A DNA stretch of 57,521 nt from Terriglobus sp. (GCA_026225595.1 JAMFTB010000286.1:1-57521), one strand, 5' to 3'. Shown: positions 8,076 to 19,976, counted from the first letter of the stretch. The notes: generated by a model not told the origin, from the sequence alone. Translations and numbers: made by a program.

Positions 8076-9326
8076 ATGGTTATGCCGACATTTCCGCCGC
8101 TCGCAGAGCAGCTTGACCTGATTACCAAGGGCGCTGCTGAAATTATTCCGTTGGACGACCTGACGAAACGCATTGAGGCGTCGCTTGCCAGCGGCAAACC
8201 CATGCGCATTAAGGCGGGCTTTGACCCTACGGCGCCGGACCTGCACCTGGGCCACACCGTACTCATGCGCAAGCTGCGCCATTTCCAGCAGTTGGGTCAC
8301 ACCGTCATCTTTTTGATTGGCGACAGCACCGCGCTCATCGGCGACCCCACCGGAAAATCGGCCACGCGCAAACCGCTCACGCGCGAACAGATTGCAGAGA
8401 ACGCGAAGACGTACCAGGAACAGGTCTTCCGCATCCTGGATCGCGATCTTACCGAGGTCCGCTACAACTCTGAGTGGCTGGACGCTCTGTCCTACTACGA
8501 CATCGTCAAGCTCATGGCGCAGTTCACGCTCTCGCAGATGCTGGAGCGCGAGGACTTCCACAAGCGCTTTAACGCAGAGGAGCCCATTGCGCTGCATGAG
8601 CTGATGTACCCCATCGCGCAGGGCTATGACTCCGTTGCGCTGCAGAGCGATGTGGAGCTGGGCGGCACAGACCAGAAGTTCAACCTGATGCGTGGCCGCG
8701 ACCTGCAGAGGCACTTTGGTCAACCGCCGCAGATCGTGCTGATGATGCCGATCATTGAAGGCCTGGACGGCGTGCAGAAGATGAGCAAGTCGCTGGGCAA
8801 CGCCATTGGCGTGAATGAGCCGCCGTTTGAAATGTTCGGCAAGCTGATGCAGGTGAGTGACGAACTGATGTGGCGCTACTGGACGCTGCTGACGGACCTG
8901 ACGCAGAGCGAGATTGATGCCATGCGGGACGAGGTTGCAGCAGGCACGCTGCATCCCATGGACGCGAAGAAGGCGATGGCGCGGACGATCACCGCAGGCT
9001 TCTCATCGGCGGAGCACGCATTGCGTGCGGAAGAGAACTGGGCCACGCAGTTTCAGAAGGGCGGCACCAGTGAGGACACGGAGCGCGTGTCGCTGGACAA
9101 GGCAGATCTGCTCTATGACGATGCCACGCACACCGTCGGCACAGACCGGTTACTGGTAAGCGCAGGCATGGCCGCAAGCATGGGCGAGGCACGCCGCAAA
9201 CGCAGCGAAGGTGCAGTAAAGGTAGATGGAGAGGCGGCTGCGGATGTTCGCCTGTCACTCGCCGCTCTGCCCGTAACGCTCACGGTCAAGCTTGGGAAGA
9301 AAACCAAGCTGGTCACGCTTCAGTAG
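8076..9326 (+). CDS. tyrS: Tyrosine--tRNA ligase
   Basis: [27 protein letters not shown]-terminal S4 domain. Confidence 0.97.
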   Translation: MVMPTFPPLAEQLDLITKGAAEIIPLDDLTKRIEASLASGKPMRIKAGFDPTAPDLHLGHTVLMRKLRHFQQLGHTVIFLIGDSTALIGDPTGKSATRKPLTREQIAENAKTYQEQVFRILDRDLTEVRYNSEWLDALSYYDIVKLMAQFTLSQMLEREDFHKRFNAEEPIALHELMYPIAQGYDSVALQSDVELGGTDQKFNLMRGRDLQRHFGQPPQIVLMMPIIEGLDGVQKMSKSLGNAIGVNEPPFEMFGKLMQVSDELMWRYWTLLTDLTQSEIDAMRDEVAAGTLHPMDAKKAMARTITAGFSSAEHALRAEENWATQFQKGGTSEDTERVSLDKADLLYDDATHTVGTDRLLVSAGMAASMGEARRKRSEGAVKVDGEAAADVRLSLAALPVTLTVKLGKKTKLVTLQ

Positions 9327-9384
9327 CCACTGCCTGCTGCTTCATCGCTTCGCAGTTTTTGCAGATGTAGCGGTCTTTGCCGCT

Positions 9385-10809
9385 TCATTTGGCGGTGTAG
9401 AGCGCCTCATCGGCATCGTCCACCAGCTCGTCAGACGAGCAGGTGAGCGAGCACATGGCCAGGCCCATGCTCAGCGTGATGGGTTCTTTCTCCCACGCAA
9501 AGGCGTGCATAGCATCCAGCACGCGCTGGGCCAGCTGCTTCGCGCCTTCAATGTTTGATCCCGGCATCAGGATGGCAAACTCCTCACCACCAAAGCGGCA
9601 GGCCACGTCCTCTGCGCGCTTGGAACGGGTCAGAATTTTAGCCACGTTGCGCAGCACGGTGTCGCCATAGGGATGGCCAAAGCGGTCGTTCACACTTTTG
9701 AAGTTGTCCACATCAATCATCAGCAGAGCCATGGACTGCTTGCTGCGCTGCGATCCAATCACCGTCGTCTCCAGCCGCGAGTCGAAGGCGCGGCGATTCC
9801 ACAGGCCGGTCAAAGCATCGGTCAGCGCCAGCGAACTTAGCTTGCGGTTGGCCTCTTCCAGCTCGTCCTGCATTCGCTGTACTTCGGCTTCGCGCGCCAT
9901 CTGGTCGGTCATATCCACGGCCACGCAGGCCATCACCTTTTCGCCGTGCAGGCCTTCGCAGGCCACCTTGGTGGTGCGCCAGTAGGTAGTTTGGCCGGTT
10001 TTCTGGCTCTCCGGCAGCTCCAGAAAGCTTTCATGTGGACGGCCGCCATGGCGGAAGGCGTATTCCTCTTCCCGCGCAATGTCTGCGCCGGTCTCAGTGC
10101 CCCACAGTTCGGTGCTGGTCTTGCCGATCCATTCCTCCATGTCGATGTTGAAGCGCGCGGCCATTTTGCGGTTGTAGAACATCAGGTGGCCTTCCGCATC
10201 CTTCAGGTAAATCTCCATCGGCACGTTATCCAGAATGGTGTTGAACATGCCGCGCGCGCGTTCGTTCTCTGCCAGTGCTGCGGTCAGTGCGGCGGCGCGT
10301 TCGCGCAACTGAATCTGGTTGCTCAACTGCCGGCCCAGAATCTCAAGCGTGCGTTGCTGCTGAAGGGTCAGTGTTGCGGGCTCCGTATCCATCACGCAGA
10401 GCGCGCCCACGGCCATTCCAGATGTGGAGACCAGCGGCATGCCTGCATAGAAGCGGATGCCGTCGCCTTCCTGCAGCGTCTTGTTGTCTGCAAAGCGCGC
10501 ATCCTGCAGGGTGTCTTCCACCATCAGCAGGTGTGTGCCGCGCACCGTGTACTGGCAGATGGATTCGCGCACAGGCATGGTGCGTGCGCCTTTGAAGCCC
10601 ACCCGCGCCTTCATCAGCTGGGTTTCTTCATCCAGCAGCGTCACGGCGCCCAGCGGCTTAGCGCAGATGACGGTTGCCAGCTCCAGCAGCTCGTCAAACT
10701 CTGTCTCAAACGCCTCATTCATCAGGTTCAAACGCCGCAGCAGGTCGCCGCGCAGTTCGGCGAGGGGGGGTGCCGGCACGAGTGCTGCATTAGAGGAGCG
10801 GATGGCCAT
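9385..10809 (-). CDS. GAF-PAS-GGDEF diguanylate cyclase with an apparently premature stop
   Basis: GIRFYAGMPL (GAF), PAS, DALTGLWNRR, RAED I-site, RFGGEEF. Ends ALYTAK* and is followed in frame by SGKDRY. Confidence 0.9.
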   Translation of the reverse strand: MAIRSSNAALVPAPPLAELRGDLLRRLNLMNEAFETEFDELLELATVICAKPLGAVTLLDEETQLMKARVGFKGARTMPVRESICQYTVRGTHLLMVEDTLQDARFADNKTLQEGDGIRFYAGMPLVSTSGMAVGALCVMDTEPATLTLQQQRTLEILGRQLSNQIQLRERAAALTAALAENERARGMFNTILDNVPMEIYLKDAEGHLMFYNRKMAARFNIDMEEWIGKTSTELWGTETGADIAREEEYAFRHGGRPHESFLELPESQKTGQTTYWRTTKVACEGLHGEKVMACVAVDMTDQMAREAEVQRMQDELEEANRKLSSLALTDALTGLWNRRAFDSRLETTVIGSQRSKQSMALLMIDVDNFKSVNDRFGHPYGDTVLRNVAKILTRSKRAEDVACRFGGEEFAILMPGSNIEGAKQLAQRVLDAMHAFAWEKEPITLSMGLAMCSLTCSSDELVDDADEALYTAK

Positions 10810-10884
10810 GAGTGAGGATGCGGAAAACGAAAACGGTGCAAACTTCTTCTTCTAATAAATTAGACGAGTTCTGTACCTTTCGTA

Positions 10885-11793
10885 CTAGACGAGTTCTGCA
10901 TCTTTGGTGCAAAAGCGGCCACGGTCATCTATGCCGACAACGGCCATGGGCGTGCGGTGGTCATGCGGAAACAACAGTAACCATTTCTGCGGGACGGCAT
11001 GGGCGTAAAAGCGCTTTCGCTCCTCAATGGTGCGCAGCGGATCCAGGTCAAACCCCATTGCCCACGTGGGTTCCAGGTGTGCCGTGGTGGGAATCAGGTC
11101 GCTCACAAAACATGCGTGTTCTCCCGCATCCTCAAGATGCACAGCCATTAGCTGGCGAGTGTGGCCAGGAAAGCATTCGACGCGTACACAAGGCGCAATA
11201 AAATTTTCAGCTGCATCAACATATAGCGATTCAATCAAGCGCATCTGCCCGCTGCGTAGCATAGGTTCGTAGTTATCCGGCACATAACTTACGCGGTCGC
11301 GCTCCCACTGGCGGCGGCCGTGCTCCACCTCGCCGCGATGCGCGATGTACTCCGCGTTTGGAAAGTACGGTTGCGCCACACCGTCCTCGTCCAGCACGGA
11401 GTTCCATCCGCTGTGATCCCAGTGCAGGTGCGTGTTGATCACGATGTCCACCTGCGCGGGAGTAACGCCGGCAGCAGCCAGCGACTGCGGCAGTCGCTCT
11501 TCCGTTGCGTAAATCTCTTTCAGCCTGGGGGCAATCTTGTTGCCGAAGCCGGTCTCAATCAGGATCGTCTTGCCACCTGCGCGCACCAGCACGCAGTTCA
11601 ACCCCAGCATCACGCGGTTCAGTTCGTCGGCCTCCGCCTTGCGAGACCACAGCGTCTTGGGCACCACACCAAACATGGCCCCACCATCAAACCGGCACGT
11701 CCCGTCGGTGCACACGGTGATGTCGATGCTGCCCACACGCGCACGTCCACGGATGAGGTCGCTGTCAGCGGTTGCCAGGGAATCGATCTTCAT
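10885..11793 (-). CDS. MBL-fold metallo-hydrolase (YtnP-like)
   Basis: DGGAMFGVVPKTLW, THLHWDHSG, PGHT. Confidence 0.92.
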   Translation of the reverse strand: MKIDSLATADSDLIRGRARVGSIDITVCTDGTCRFDGGAMFGVVPKTLWSRKAEADELNRVMLGLNCVLVRAGGKTILIETGFGNKIAPRLKEIYATEERLPQSLAAAGVTPAQVDIVINTHLHWDHSGWNSVLDEDGVAQPYFPNAEYIAHRGEVEHGRRQWERDRVSYVPDNYEPMLRSGQMRLIESLYVDAAENFIAPCVRVECFPGHTRQLMAVHLEDAGEHACFVSDLIPTTAHLEPTWAMGFDLDPLRTIEERKRFYAHAVPQKWLLLFPHDHRTPMAVVGIDDRGRFCTKDAELV

Positions 11794-11975
11794 TGCTTTA
11801 AGGATTTCACAGCCCCAAGGATATTGTTTTGCACGGATTGAGGGAACCGAACCCTCGCGCGCTGCGTAAGTCCCTTGCAGAATCTGCATTCGCGCTGCGC
11901 GGATGTTGCGTACAGGGAAGTAAGCCGCCAAAGCGTCGCCGCGCGGCGTCACAAGAAATTTTCCAAGGAAAGACG

Positions 11976-14729
11976 ATGAAAACACCGGTTGCAGCCGCGG
12001 CATGCTTTGCGGCGCTCACGCTCTCGTGCGCTCACGCGCAGGCACAGGAAGTACACGGAGCCGAACCATGCGCCAACGGCGGCATCGTCGTCACAGGCAT
12101 GGTGCGCGATGCCACTGGTGCAACGGTAGCTGAGGCTGCAGTAACTCTGGACGGAGCAAAGCAGTCCACGCAAACTGCTGCGGATGGCCGCTTTCACTTC
12201 AGCTGTGTTGATGTTTCATCGCAGCACACGCTGCACATCTCTGCAGAGAGCTTTGCCGCAACCGACATCACGCTAGCGCCCGCACGTCTTCGCAACGAAG
12301 TTGCCATAACGCTGCACCCTGAATCCGTCGATCAACAAGTGGACGTAAGTGCGGACAGCGCACGCGGTGTGGACAAGACAGACACCGGCATGACGCGCAC
12401 GCTGGAGGGCGACAGCCTGAAGGCGCTTGCGGACGATCCGGATGACCTGCTGCGTGAACTGCAGCAGATGACCGGAGGCTCTGGCGGCGACCCCTCGCAG
12501 GCGATGATCACCGTGGATGGATTCCAGATGACCGGCCGCCTGCCCCCGAAGTCATCCATTGCATATATCCGCGTCAATCCTGATCTTTTCGCAGCGGAAT
12601 ACCAGGAGCCGCCCTACACCGGCGGCCGTGTTGAGGTGTATACCAAGCCCGGCCAGCCGCGCTATCACGGCGCTCTGTTCATGGCCTATGGCGGCTCTGC
12701 GTTGAACGCGCAGGATCCCTTCGCCACAACCAAGGGCAAGCTGGGCAAGCAGCGTTTTGGCTTTGAGCTGAGTGGCCCTGTGCGTAAGGTGGGCAGCGAC
12801 TTTGCGCTCAGCCTGGAGCATCGCCTGATTGACAACGTGGCAGTGGTGCGCGCCGTAACGCTGGATGCCAGCGGCAACCAGGTCAACGTGAATCAGACTG
12901 TGGCCGCACCGCAGACGTTATGGAGCGGTAACGCGCGGCTGGGCTGGCAGCTGGGGCCAAAGAACACCTTCAGCGCCACATACACCGCGGCCAATAACAA
13001 CATTGCTAGTGTGGGTGTGGGCGGCACAGCACTGGCGGAGACAGGCCGCGACAACACAACGTATGAGCACACGCTCCGCTTTGTGGACGTAACCACGGTG
13101 AGCGCAAAGCTGATGCATGAGGCGCGCTTCGCTGTGCGCTGGCTGGGTGATCTCTCTGTACCGCAAAGCACGGCCCCGCAGCTGCAGGTGGCAGGCGCCT
13201 TCACCAGCGGCGGCGCAGAGCTGGGCGCGCAACAGATCCGCGAGTTTGGCATGGAGGTCAACGACGACTTCATCCTGACCACGAAGGCGCACACGATCAA
13301 GGCAGGCGTGAACTTCCGCATCTACCGCGAGCGCGAACAGATGACGCAGAACTTTAACGGCACCTATGTCTTTGGCGGCGGCATTGCTCCGGTGCTGGAC
13401 GCGAACAACATACCTGTGTCCGGCAGCACGACCACCATCACCGGGCTGGAGCAGTATCGCCGCGCCACGCTTGGCTTGGCGGGCGGCTCGGCCACTGCGT
13501 ACACGGTGGTCACCGGTACACCGCAGGTTGACTTTACGCAGGCACGCGCATCGGCATTTATTGAGGATGACTGGAAGCTGCGGCCCAACCTGAAGGTGTC
13601 GCTGGGCACGCGCGTCTTCATTCAGAACGAGCCGACGCAGAGTCTGCCGCCGGTGCCGCGCGGGGGCATCGCATGGTCGCCCGACAGGAAGCAGAAGTGG
13701 ACGCTGAAGCTGCATGCTGGCATGTTCAACGGCAATTTCACCACGGAAGATGCCACGGAGCTGCGCCGCCTCGACGGTGTGCAACGCACCATGAGCACCA
13801 TCTACTCACCGGTCTACGGCAATCCGTTCCAGGGCGCAACGCCCATCGGCACCGTCCGCACACAGGCGCGGGGCCTTTCGTCCATCACATTTTCTGAGGA
13901 GCAGTTTGAAGTGGATCGCGCTCTGGCGCACGGATGGAACCTGATGGGCACCTTCTACTGGCTGCGTGGCTGGAACCAGTCACGCACGCGAAACATCAAC
14001 TCTCCATTGAATGGCCAGCCGACGGGGCCGCGGCCGGGACGGGCAAACCTCAACATCCTGCAGGCGCAGAGCAGCGCATCCATGAAGGGCGACATTGAGT
14101 TTGTCAGTGTGGAGCAGCATTCGTTGAAGCACTTCAGCATCTTCTTTGGCTATGCGCGTGTGGACCTGCGCGACGATGCAAACGGCAGCACCTTCTTTAC
14201 GCCGCAGAGTTCGTTGACCGATGCCGGCGAATATGCACGGCGCAGCAATCAGCAGCAGCACCAGTTCTTCGGAACCGCAACAGCACACCTGCCCGCAAAG
14301 GTAGATGTCTCCGCGGACTATCACGGTGGCAGCGGCAGGCCGTTCAACATCACCACCGGCTTTGACAACAATGGCGACGGCAACTTCAACGACCGGCCGC
14401 AGTATGCGCGGCCAGGCGATCCCAATGCAGTGGCAACACAGTATGGCCAGCTGGTGGCAACGGGTGGCACGGGTGTGGTGCCGCGTAACGCCATGACAGG
14501 TTCCTTCACGGTCTACCTGGACACCAATGTCAGCCGCAGCTTTGTGCTGAACCGCAAAGCTGCGGCAGATAAGACGCAGACGCTGGCAGTGAACGTGCGC
14601 GCTTCAAATGTGCTGAACCACACCAATGTCACCGGGGTTAGCGCCGTTCTGGGATCACCCTTGTTTGGCGTGGCGACGCTCGCCGATCCAGGCCGGCGGA
14701 TTGAGGCAGGTGCACGCTGGAGCTTCTGA
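11976..14729 (+). CDS. TonB-dependent receptor-like outer membrane protein with carboxypeptidase regulatory-like N-domain
   Basis: Signal peptide, LADDPDDL, FNITTGFDNNGDGNFNDRP, C-terminal ..RWSF. Confidence 0.85.
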   Translation: MKTPVAAAACFAALTLSCAHAQAQEVHGAEPCANGGIVVTGMVRDATGATVAEAAVTLDGAKQSTQTAADGRFHFSCVDVSSQHTLHISAESFAATDITLAPARLRNEVAITLHPESVDQQVDVSADSARGVDKTDTGMTRTLEGDSLKALADDPDDLLRELQQMTGGSGGDPSQAMITVDGFQMTGRLPPKSSIAYIRVNPDLFAAEYQEPPYTGGRVEVYTKPGQPRYHGALFMAYGGSALNAQDPFATTKGKLGKQRFGFELSGPVRKVGSDFALSLEHRLIDNVAVVRAVTLDASGNQVNVNQTVAAPQTLWSGNARLGWQLGPKNTFSATYTAANNNIASVGVGGTALAETGRDNTTYEHTLRFVDVTTVSAKLMHEARFAVRWLGDLSVPQSTAPQLQVAGAFTSGGAELGAQQIREFGMEVNDDFILTTKAHTIKAGVNFRIYREREQMTQNFNGTYVFGGGIAPVLDANNIPVSGSTTTITGLEQYRRATLGLAGGSATAYTVVTGTPQVDFTQARASAFIEDDWKLRPNLKVSLGTRVFIQNEPTQSLPPVPRGGIAWSPDRKQKWTLKLHAGMFNGNFTTEDATELRRLDGVQRTMSTIYSPVYGNPFQGATPIGTVRTQARGLSSITFSEEQFEVDRALAHGWNLMGTFYWLRGWNQSRTRNINSPLNGQPTGPRPGRANLNILQAQSSASMKGDIEFVSVEQHSLKHFSIFFGYARVDLRDDANGSTFFTPQSSLTDAGEYARRSNQQQHQFFGTATAHLPAKVDVSADYHGGSGRPFNITTGFDNNGDGNFNDRPQYARPGDPNAVATQYGQLVATGGTGVVPRNAMTGSFTVYLDTNVSRSFVLNRKAAADKTQTLAVNVRASNVLNHTNVTGVSAVLGSPLFGVATLADPGRRIEAGARWSF

Positions 14730-14749
14730 AAATCATAAGCCGTGGGACC

Positions 14750-14802
14750 TGAAACGATTCAAAGACAAATGAAACGATTCAATCGCGCATTGAGACGTTT
14801 CA
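14750..14802. promoter_or_regulatory. Three tandem LacI-type operator-like palindromes
   Basis: TGAAACGATTCA (14750), TGAAACGATTCA (14770), TGAGACGTTTCA (14791). Confidence 0.6.
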
Positions 14803-15022
14803 GCCAATGCCCGTATATTTACAGGCAATTTGTAATGGTCCCCAAACAAAAAAGCGAATGACCATACGCCTTTTGGAAATGGTTTTGCAAGTGCTTCCAC
14901 AACGAAATTTCGCGTGTCTCGCATCGTAGATTATCGATAATTTTCCACTTGCACTCTGCAACACGAACGGCCTAGGATGCGGCGCGCGAAGTGATGCACT
15001 CATTTCGCGTTGTGAGGCCTTT

Positions 15023-18000
15023 ATGAACCGATACACAAAAGCTCCGGATCGCATGGAGCCAGCGGTGTGCCATCGTGCCACCGGGATTGCCAGCCTTCTC
15101 CGTCTGGCTTGCATGGTTGTAATCACCCTGGCTGTGTCGCTGTGCGGCCGGTCCGCCGCAGCGCAGGATAACTCCGCCACCATCCTGGGAAATGTCACGG
15201 ACTCAACGGGTGCCGCGGTCCCCAAGGCGGAAGTCACCGTTACCAACACGGCCACCAACATCAGCGTGGTCCTCTCCACATCGGACACGGGCGCTTATAC
15301 CGCCCCCCAGCTCATCCCCGGCAACTACTCCGTCAGCATTAAGATGAAGGGCTTCTCAACGGCCAGCATGACGAACCTGGCGGTCTCTGCCGGTGACCGT
15401 CGCCGTGCAGACGCACAGCTGACGGTGGGTGCTACGAGCGAAACGGTTGAGATCTCCACTGCCGCTCCCGTGTTGCAGACGGACTCATCGTCTGTGGGCA
15501 GCAACGTAACCTCAAAGGCTGTGCAGGATTTGCCGCTGAACGGACGTAACTTCGTCAGCCTGGTGCAGATCATGCCCGGCGCGGCGGAGTCGGGCCCAAA
15601 TAGCATCAACAGCGGCACGCGTCCTGACGATCGCCGTCCCACCTCTTCCATTTCGATGAACGGCCAGTCGGAGACGGTGAACGATCAGTTGATCGACGGT
15701 ATCGACAACAATGAGCGCATGATCGCTTCCATCGGTGTGCGTCCTTCCATTGACGCCATCCAGGAAGTGCGCGTTGTGACCAATACGTTCTCGGCAGACA
15801 GCGGCCGCGCCGGTGGCGCAGTCATCAACGTCATCACCAAGAGCGGTACCAACCAGTTCCACGGAACGCTGTACGAGTTCTTCCGTAACGACAAGCTGAA
15901 CGCGCAGCCCTACCAGTACGGTTCTCACAACCGCAACCCGGAGCTTCGCCAGAATCAGTTCGGCGGTTCGCTGGGTGGACCCATCTTCAAGGACAAGGCC
16001 TTCTTCCATGGCGATGCGGAGTTCTTCCGCCTCATCAAGGGTGGTCTGCCATCGGCACTGACGGTGCCGACACTTTACCAACAGCAGCATCCGGGTGACT
16101 TCTCGGACGCAATCCCTGCGGGTAACATCCTGCAGACCGATGGTGTTACGAAGAACGGATGCGCGGTCATTGCGGCCAGTGTTTCTGATCCCACGCAGAG
16201 CCAGACCACGGGCTGCGTGTACGATCCGAATCCACTCAGCGCTGGTTATCTTCGCAATCCCATCATTGGCAACAAAATTCCCAATGGCTTCATCGATCCT
16301 GCGGGCCTCTCTTACTTCAAGCTCTATCCTGCGCCCAACTCTGGCGGCCCAACGGGCAACGGTTATACCGGTGTTCGCAACCAGGAGCAGTACTCCACCG
16401 TGTATGACGTGCGTGTGGATTACCACTTCAATGACAAGAACCTGCTCTTTGCCAAGTACATCGTGAATGACGTGTACACGGTATCGCCGGGTGCGCTGCC
16501 CATCTCGTCTGCAAATGGCTTTGCCATTGACCCGCAGAACGGTAACGGCTTTGGCACCGCGCCGCAGCTGGCCCGCAACGCAACGCTTGTCTATACGCAC
16601 ACCTTTACACCCAACCTCATCATGACGGTCGGTGCCGGATGGAGCTTCATTCAGAACGGCTCGAACCCGCTGAACTATAACCTGAACCCGAACACGAAGT
16701 TCGGCCAGGCAAATGTAAACATCAGCACGCTCACGTCTTCGCTGGCGCCGGCATTGCCCACGGGCCTCACGGGTCTGGGCGGTGGTGGTAACTTCGTTCC
16801 GTTGGAGTACAAGGACAACAACTACATCCTCAACGGCAGCGTCATCTATAGCCACGGCAATCACTCGTTCCACCTTGGCGCGCAGGGCATCAATCGTCAG
16901 GCGCTGGATCAGCAGGACAACAATGGTGAAGGTGCATGGACGTTCCGCACTGGTGCCGCCGGCTTGCTGGAAGGTATCTTTTCTGCGGCTACGCGCAGCA
17001 ACAACGTGCGCACACCCAACTACCGCACCAAAGAGCCAAGCTTTTATGTGCAGGACGATTGGCACATACTCCCCAAGCTGACGCTGAACCTGGGTGTTCG
17101 GTATGACGTCTTCACGCCGTTCACTGAGATTCATAACGCCATCTCAAACTTCGATCCGTCCTGCCCCTGCATCATCCAGGCAGGTGTGAACGGAGTCAGC
17201 CGCACCGCAGGCGTCCGGACGGATTACAGCAACGCCGCGCCGCGCTTTGGCTTTGCCTATAGCGCCACGCCCAGCCTCGTCATCCGTGGCGGCTTCGGCC
17301 TGGCGTTCTTCGCCAGCAACTATGAGTCGCCCACCAACCTGAAAAATCAGCCCAACGTCTCGCAGTACGGCAACTGCTCCACGGTGCAGGCGGCCGCGGG
17401 CACCAGTGGCTGTCAACCGGCGTACACACTGTTCAAGCAGGGCATGCCCCTGCCGAACGTCAACCCATCCATCGCCAATGCATCGCTGGTCGGCGGAATT
17501 CCATCGGCAGTTGACAAGAACTTCGGCTCCGCTTACCTGGAGCAGTTCAACCTCGTCATCCAGAAGGATTTCAAGGGCAACGCAATCACGGTGGCCTACG
17601 TTGGAGCGCTTGGACGTCACATGTCCACTGGCTTTGACATCAACCGTGCTCCGTTGGGGAACGCGAATCTGTGGCAATCGCAGCGTCGCTTCTTCTGCGC
17701 TGGCGGTCCCGCTGCAGCTACAGGGCCAACCACTTGTTCCGGTCCCACGCTGATGCCTGGTGTCACCACCATCGCTACCACGTTTAGTTCGGGTTCCTCG
17801 TCTTACAACTCGCTGCAGGCCACCTTTGAGCGCCGGTTTAAGAACGGCCTCGCCTTCAGCGCGAACACTACCTATGCTCACCTGCTGGACAATGCTCCGA
17901 ACGTCAACGGCCAGAGCGGCAACGGTGTCGGCCAGGTTCTGGGGCAGGCCTACCGTGATTACGGCAACGGCGATCTCGATACGCGTTCGCGCGTTGTGGT

Positions 18001-18532
18001 CACCGGCAACTATGAGCTGCCCTTCGGCAAGAGCGCGCATGGCTTCGCAAAAATGGTTGAAGCAGGCTGGCACATAAACGTGCTCAATCTGTGGTCGACC
18101 GGCTTGCCATTCACAATCCTCAACGTCAACAACCTCAGCGGCACCAGCCCGAACGGCTCTGCAGATCGTCCGAATGTGATCGGCAATCCGTTCAAGAACA
18201 TAACTCCTATCGTTGCCAATCAGGCTCCACTGCAGTTCTTCAACCCGGCAGTCTTTGTTCCCCAGGCTGCAGGCACGCTGGGCAACGAGGCGCGTAACCA
18301 GTACCACGGACCACACTTCCGCCACTTGGACTTGTCGCTGTTCAAGGACTTCACCGTCTGGCGTGAGACGCGACTGCAGTTCCGTGCAGAGGCGTTCAAC
18401 GTACTCAACCAGACCAACTTCTCAAACCCTGTAACCGGCCTGGGCAGCACCACCACCATCGGCCAGTTGACCTCAACAATTCTTACCTACAACCCGCGCT
18501 TGATTCAGTTCGCACTCAAGTACGAGTTCTAA
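15023..18532 (+). CDS. TonB-dependent receptor (Oar-like)
   Basis: [39 protein letters not shown]-terminal LKYEF. Confidence 0.93.
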   Translation: MNRYTKAPDRMEPAVCHRATGIASLLRLACMVVITLAVSLCGRSAAAQDNSATILGNVTDSTGAAVPKAEVTVTNTATNISVVLSTSDTGAYTAPQLIPGNYSVSIKMKGFSTASMTNLAVSAGDRRRADAQLTVGATSETVEISTAAPVLQTDSSSVGSNVTSKAVQDLPLNGRNFVSLVQIMPGAAESGPNSINSGTRPDDRRPTSSISMNGQSETVNDQLIDGIDNNERMIASIGVRPSIDAIQEVRVVTNTFSADSGRAGGAVINVITKSGTNQFHGTLYEFFRNDKLNAQPYQYGSHNRNPELRQNQFGGSLGGPIFKDKAFFHGDAEFFRLIKGGLPSALTVPTLYQQQHPGDFSDAIPAGNILQTDGVTKNGCAVIAASVSDPTQSQTTGCVYDPNPLSAGYLRNPIIGNKIPNGFIDPAGLSYFKLYPAPNSGGPTGNGYTGVRNQEQYSTVYDVRVDYHFNDKNLLFAKYIVNDVYTVSPGALPISSANGFAIDPQNGNGFGTAPQLARNATLVYTHTFTPNLIMTVGAGWSFIQNGSNPLNYNLNPNTKFGQANVNISTLTSSLAPALPTGLTGLGGGGNFVPLEYKDNNYILNGSVIYSHGNHSFHLGAQGINRQALDQQDNNGEGAWTFRTGAAGLLEGIFSAATRSNNVRTPNYRTKEPSFYVQDDWHILPKLTLNLGVRYDVFTPFTEIHNAISNFDPSCPCIIQAGVNGVSRTAGVRTDYSNAAPRFGFAYSATPSLVIRGGFGLAFFASNYESPTNLKNQPNVSQYGNCSTVQAAAGTSGCQPAYTLFKQGMPLPNVNPSIANASLVGGIPSAVDKNFGSAYLEQFNLVIQKDFKGNAITVAYVGALGRHMSTGFDINRAPLGNANLWQSQRRFFCAGGPAAATGPTTCSGPTLMPGVTTIATTFSSGSSSYNSLQATFERRFKNGLAFSANTTYAHLLDNAPNVNGQSGNGVGQVLGQAYRDYGNGDLDTRSRVVVTGNYELPFGKSAHGFAKMVEAGWHINVLNLWSTGLPFTILNVNNLSGTSPNGSADRPNVIGNPFKNITPIVANQAPLQFFNPAVFVPQAAGTLGNEARNQYHGPHFRHLDLSLFKDFTVWRETRLQFRAEAFNVLNQTNFSNPVTGLGSTTTIGQLTSTILTYNPRLIQFALKYEF

Positions 18533-18550
18533 CGCACCTCCACTTCGCTT

Positions 18551-18587
18551 CGAGGGCTGGCTACAACGCCAGCCCTCGTTGTTTCTT
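18551..18587 (+). terminator. Intrinsic terminator
   Basis: CGAGGGCTGGC-TACAAC-GCCAGCCCTCG plus T-rich tail. Confidence 0.75.
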
Positions 18588-18715
18588 CGGGCACGCGAAG
18601 ATGTCAAAATCTGACGCAGCCATGAATTATCAATAATTTGCTTGCGAGGCCTTCCAGCCGCAGCCTAAAATTCGGCGCGGAAGCGCTCACGCCTTCACGA
18701 AGGGGAAACTCACAC

Positions 18716-19708
18716 ATGATCACCACACGTCGCGATTTCGCAAAGCTCGCAGCTGCCGGATTGTCCGTCGCCGCCTTTGCGCCAAAGTCGTTGCTGGCAC
18801 AGGGCAAACCCGATTCAAAGTTCAACGGCGTTCAGATCGGCGTCATCAGCTACAGCTATCGACAGATGAAGCCGTTCGATGCGGTTTCTGTTCTGAAGTA
18901 CGCCGTGGAAGACGGCATCAACGCGACAGAGCTGGAGAATGTGCAGGAGCTGTGGGCAGGTATGCCCCCAGTGCCGCCACGTCCCACGCCCGCGCGTCCG
19001 TCCCCCGGCATGCAGGTGGGTGAGCGTCGGCCTGAGCTGACGCCAGAGCAGAAGGCCGCACAGCTTGCCCATGCAGAAGAGCTGACCAAGTGGCGCACCA
19101 CCATGGATGTGAAGAAGTACGCCGAGCTGCGCAAGATGTACGCCGACGCTGGCGTCAGCATCTACGCATTCAAGATCACGCTGACCATGCGCATGCCTGA
19201 CGCAGAGTTTGATTACGCATTCAAAGCAGCGAAGGAGTGCGGCGCAAACCATCTGACGATGGAGATGCCGGACGGCCAGCCGGAACTCACCAAGCGCATC
19301 GGCGAGTTCGCCAGCAAGTACAAGATGATGATTGGCTACCACGCCCACCTGCAGGCCAAGCCTGACACCTGGGATGAGGCAATGTCGCAGTCGCCGTACA
19401 ACGGCATCAACCTGGACGTGGGCCACTACACCGCGGCAGGCAATCACGATCAGCTTGAATTCATCAAGAAGAACCACGCACGCATCACCAGCATGCACGT
19501 GAAGGATCGCAAGTACCCCGAGAACGGCGGGCAGAACATGCCCTTCGGCGAGGGCAACACACCCATCAAGGAAGTACTGCAGCTGATGAAGAAGGAGAAG
19601 TACACCTTCCCCGCAACCATCGAGCTGGAGTACACGCTGCCCGATGGTTCAGACTCGGTGAAAGAAGTGGCAAAGTGCCTGGCCTATTGCAAGGCCGCGC
19701 TGGCGTAG
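18716..19708 (+). CDS. Tat-exported sugar phosphate isomerase/epimerase (xylose isomerase-like TIM barrel)
   Basis: TRRDF Tat motif, NLDVGH, HVKD, IELEY. Confidence 0.88.
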   Translation: MITTRRDFAKLAAAGLSVAAFAPKSLLAQGKPDSKFNGVQIGVISYSYRQMKPFDAVSVLKYAVEDGINATELENVQELWAGMPPVPPRPTPARPSPGMQVGERRPELTPEQKAAQLAHAEELTKWRTTMDVKKYAELRKMYADAGVSIYAFKITLTMRMPDAEFDYAFKAAKECGANHLTMEMPDGQPELTKRIGEFASKYKMMIGYHAHLQAKPDTWDEAMSQSPYNGINLDVGHYTAAGNHDQLEFIKKNHARITSMHVKDRKYPENGGQNMPFGEGNTPIKEVLQLMKKEKYTFPATIELEYTLPDGSDSVKEVAKCLAYCKAALA

Positions 19709-19735
19709 GTACTTTGGCACTTCGTGCTGTTCAGG

Positions 19736-19764
19736 AAGCCCGGCCTCGCGCCGGGCTTTTCTGC
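19736..19764 (+). terminator. Intrinsic terminator
   Basis: AAGCCCGGC-CTCGC-GCCGGGCTTTT. Confidence 0.8.
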
Positions 19765-19777
19765 TTCCGAAACGATC

Positions 19778-19956
19778 TGTCATTCCGCAGCGCAGCGGAG
19801 GGATCTGCTTGTTGGGTGGTTCCTCCGCACACTGTCAGAGGGCAGGGAAGTGGAGGGGCTCGCGCTGTGCGCGAACTGTTGGGCATGAACGACCTATGTA
19901 GCAGGATCGGCGCATCCGTTGAAATGCAGACCCCTCCGCTACGCTCCGGGATGACA
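19778..19956. repeat. Family-3 REP inverted pair
   Basis: TGTCATTCCGCAGCGCAGCGGAGGGATCTGC ... GCAGACCCCTCCGCTACGCTCCGGGATGACA. Confidence 0.8.
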
Positions 19957-19976
19957 GGCCGTAAAGGGTCACAAAC

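Noticed and set aside
9385-9387. Selenocysteine codon
   Set aside because: The position is not a Cys-equivalent site in GGDEF domains and I could not identify a SECIS.
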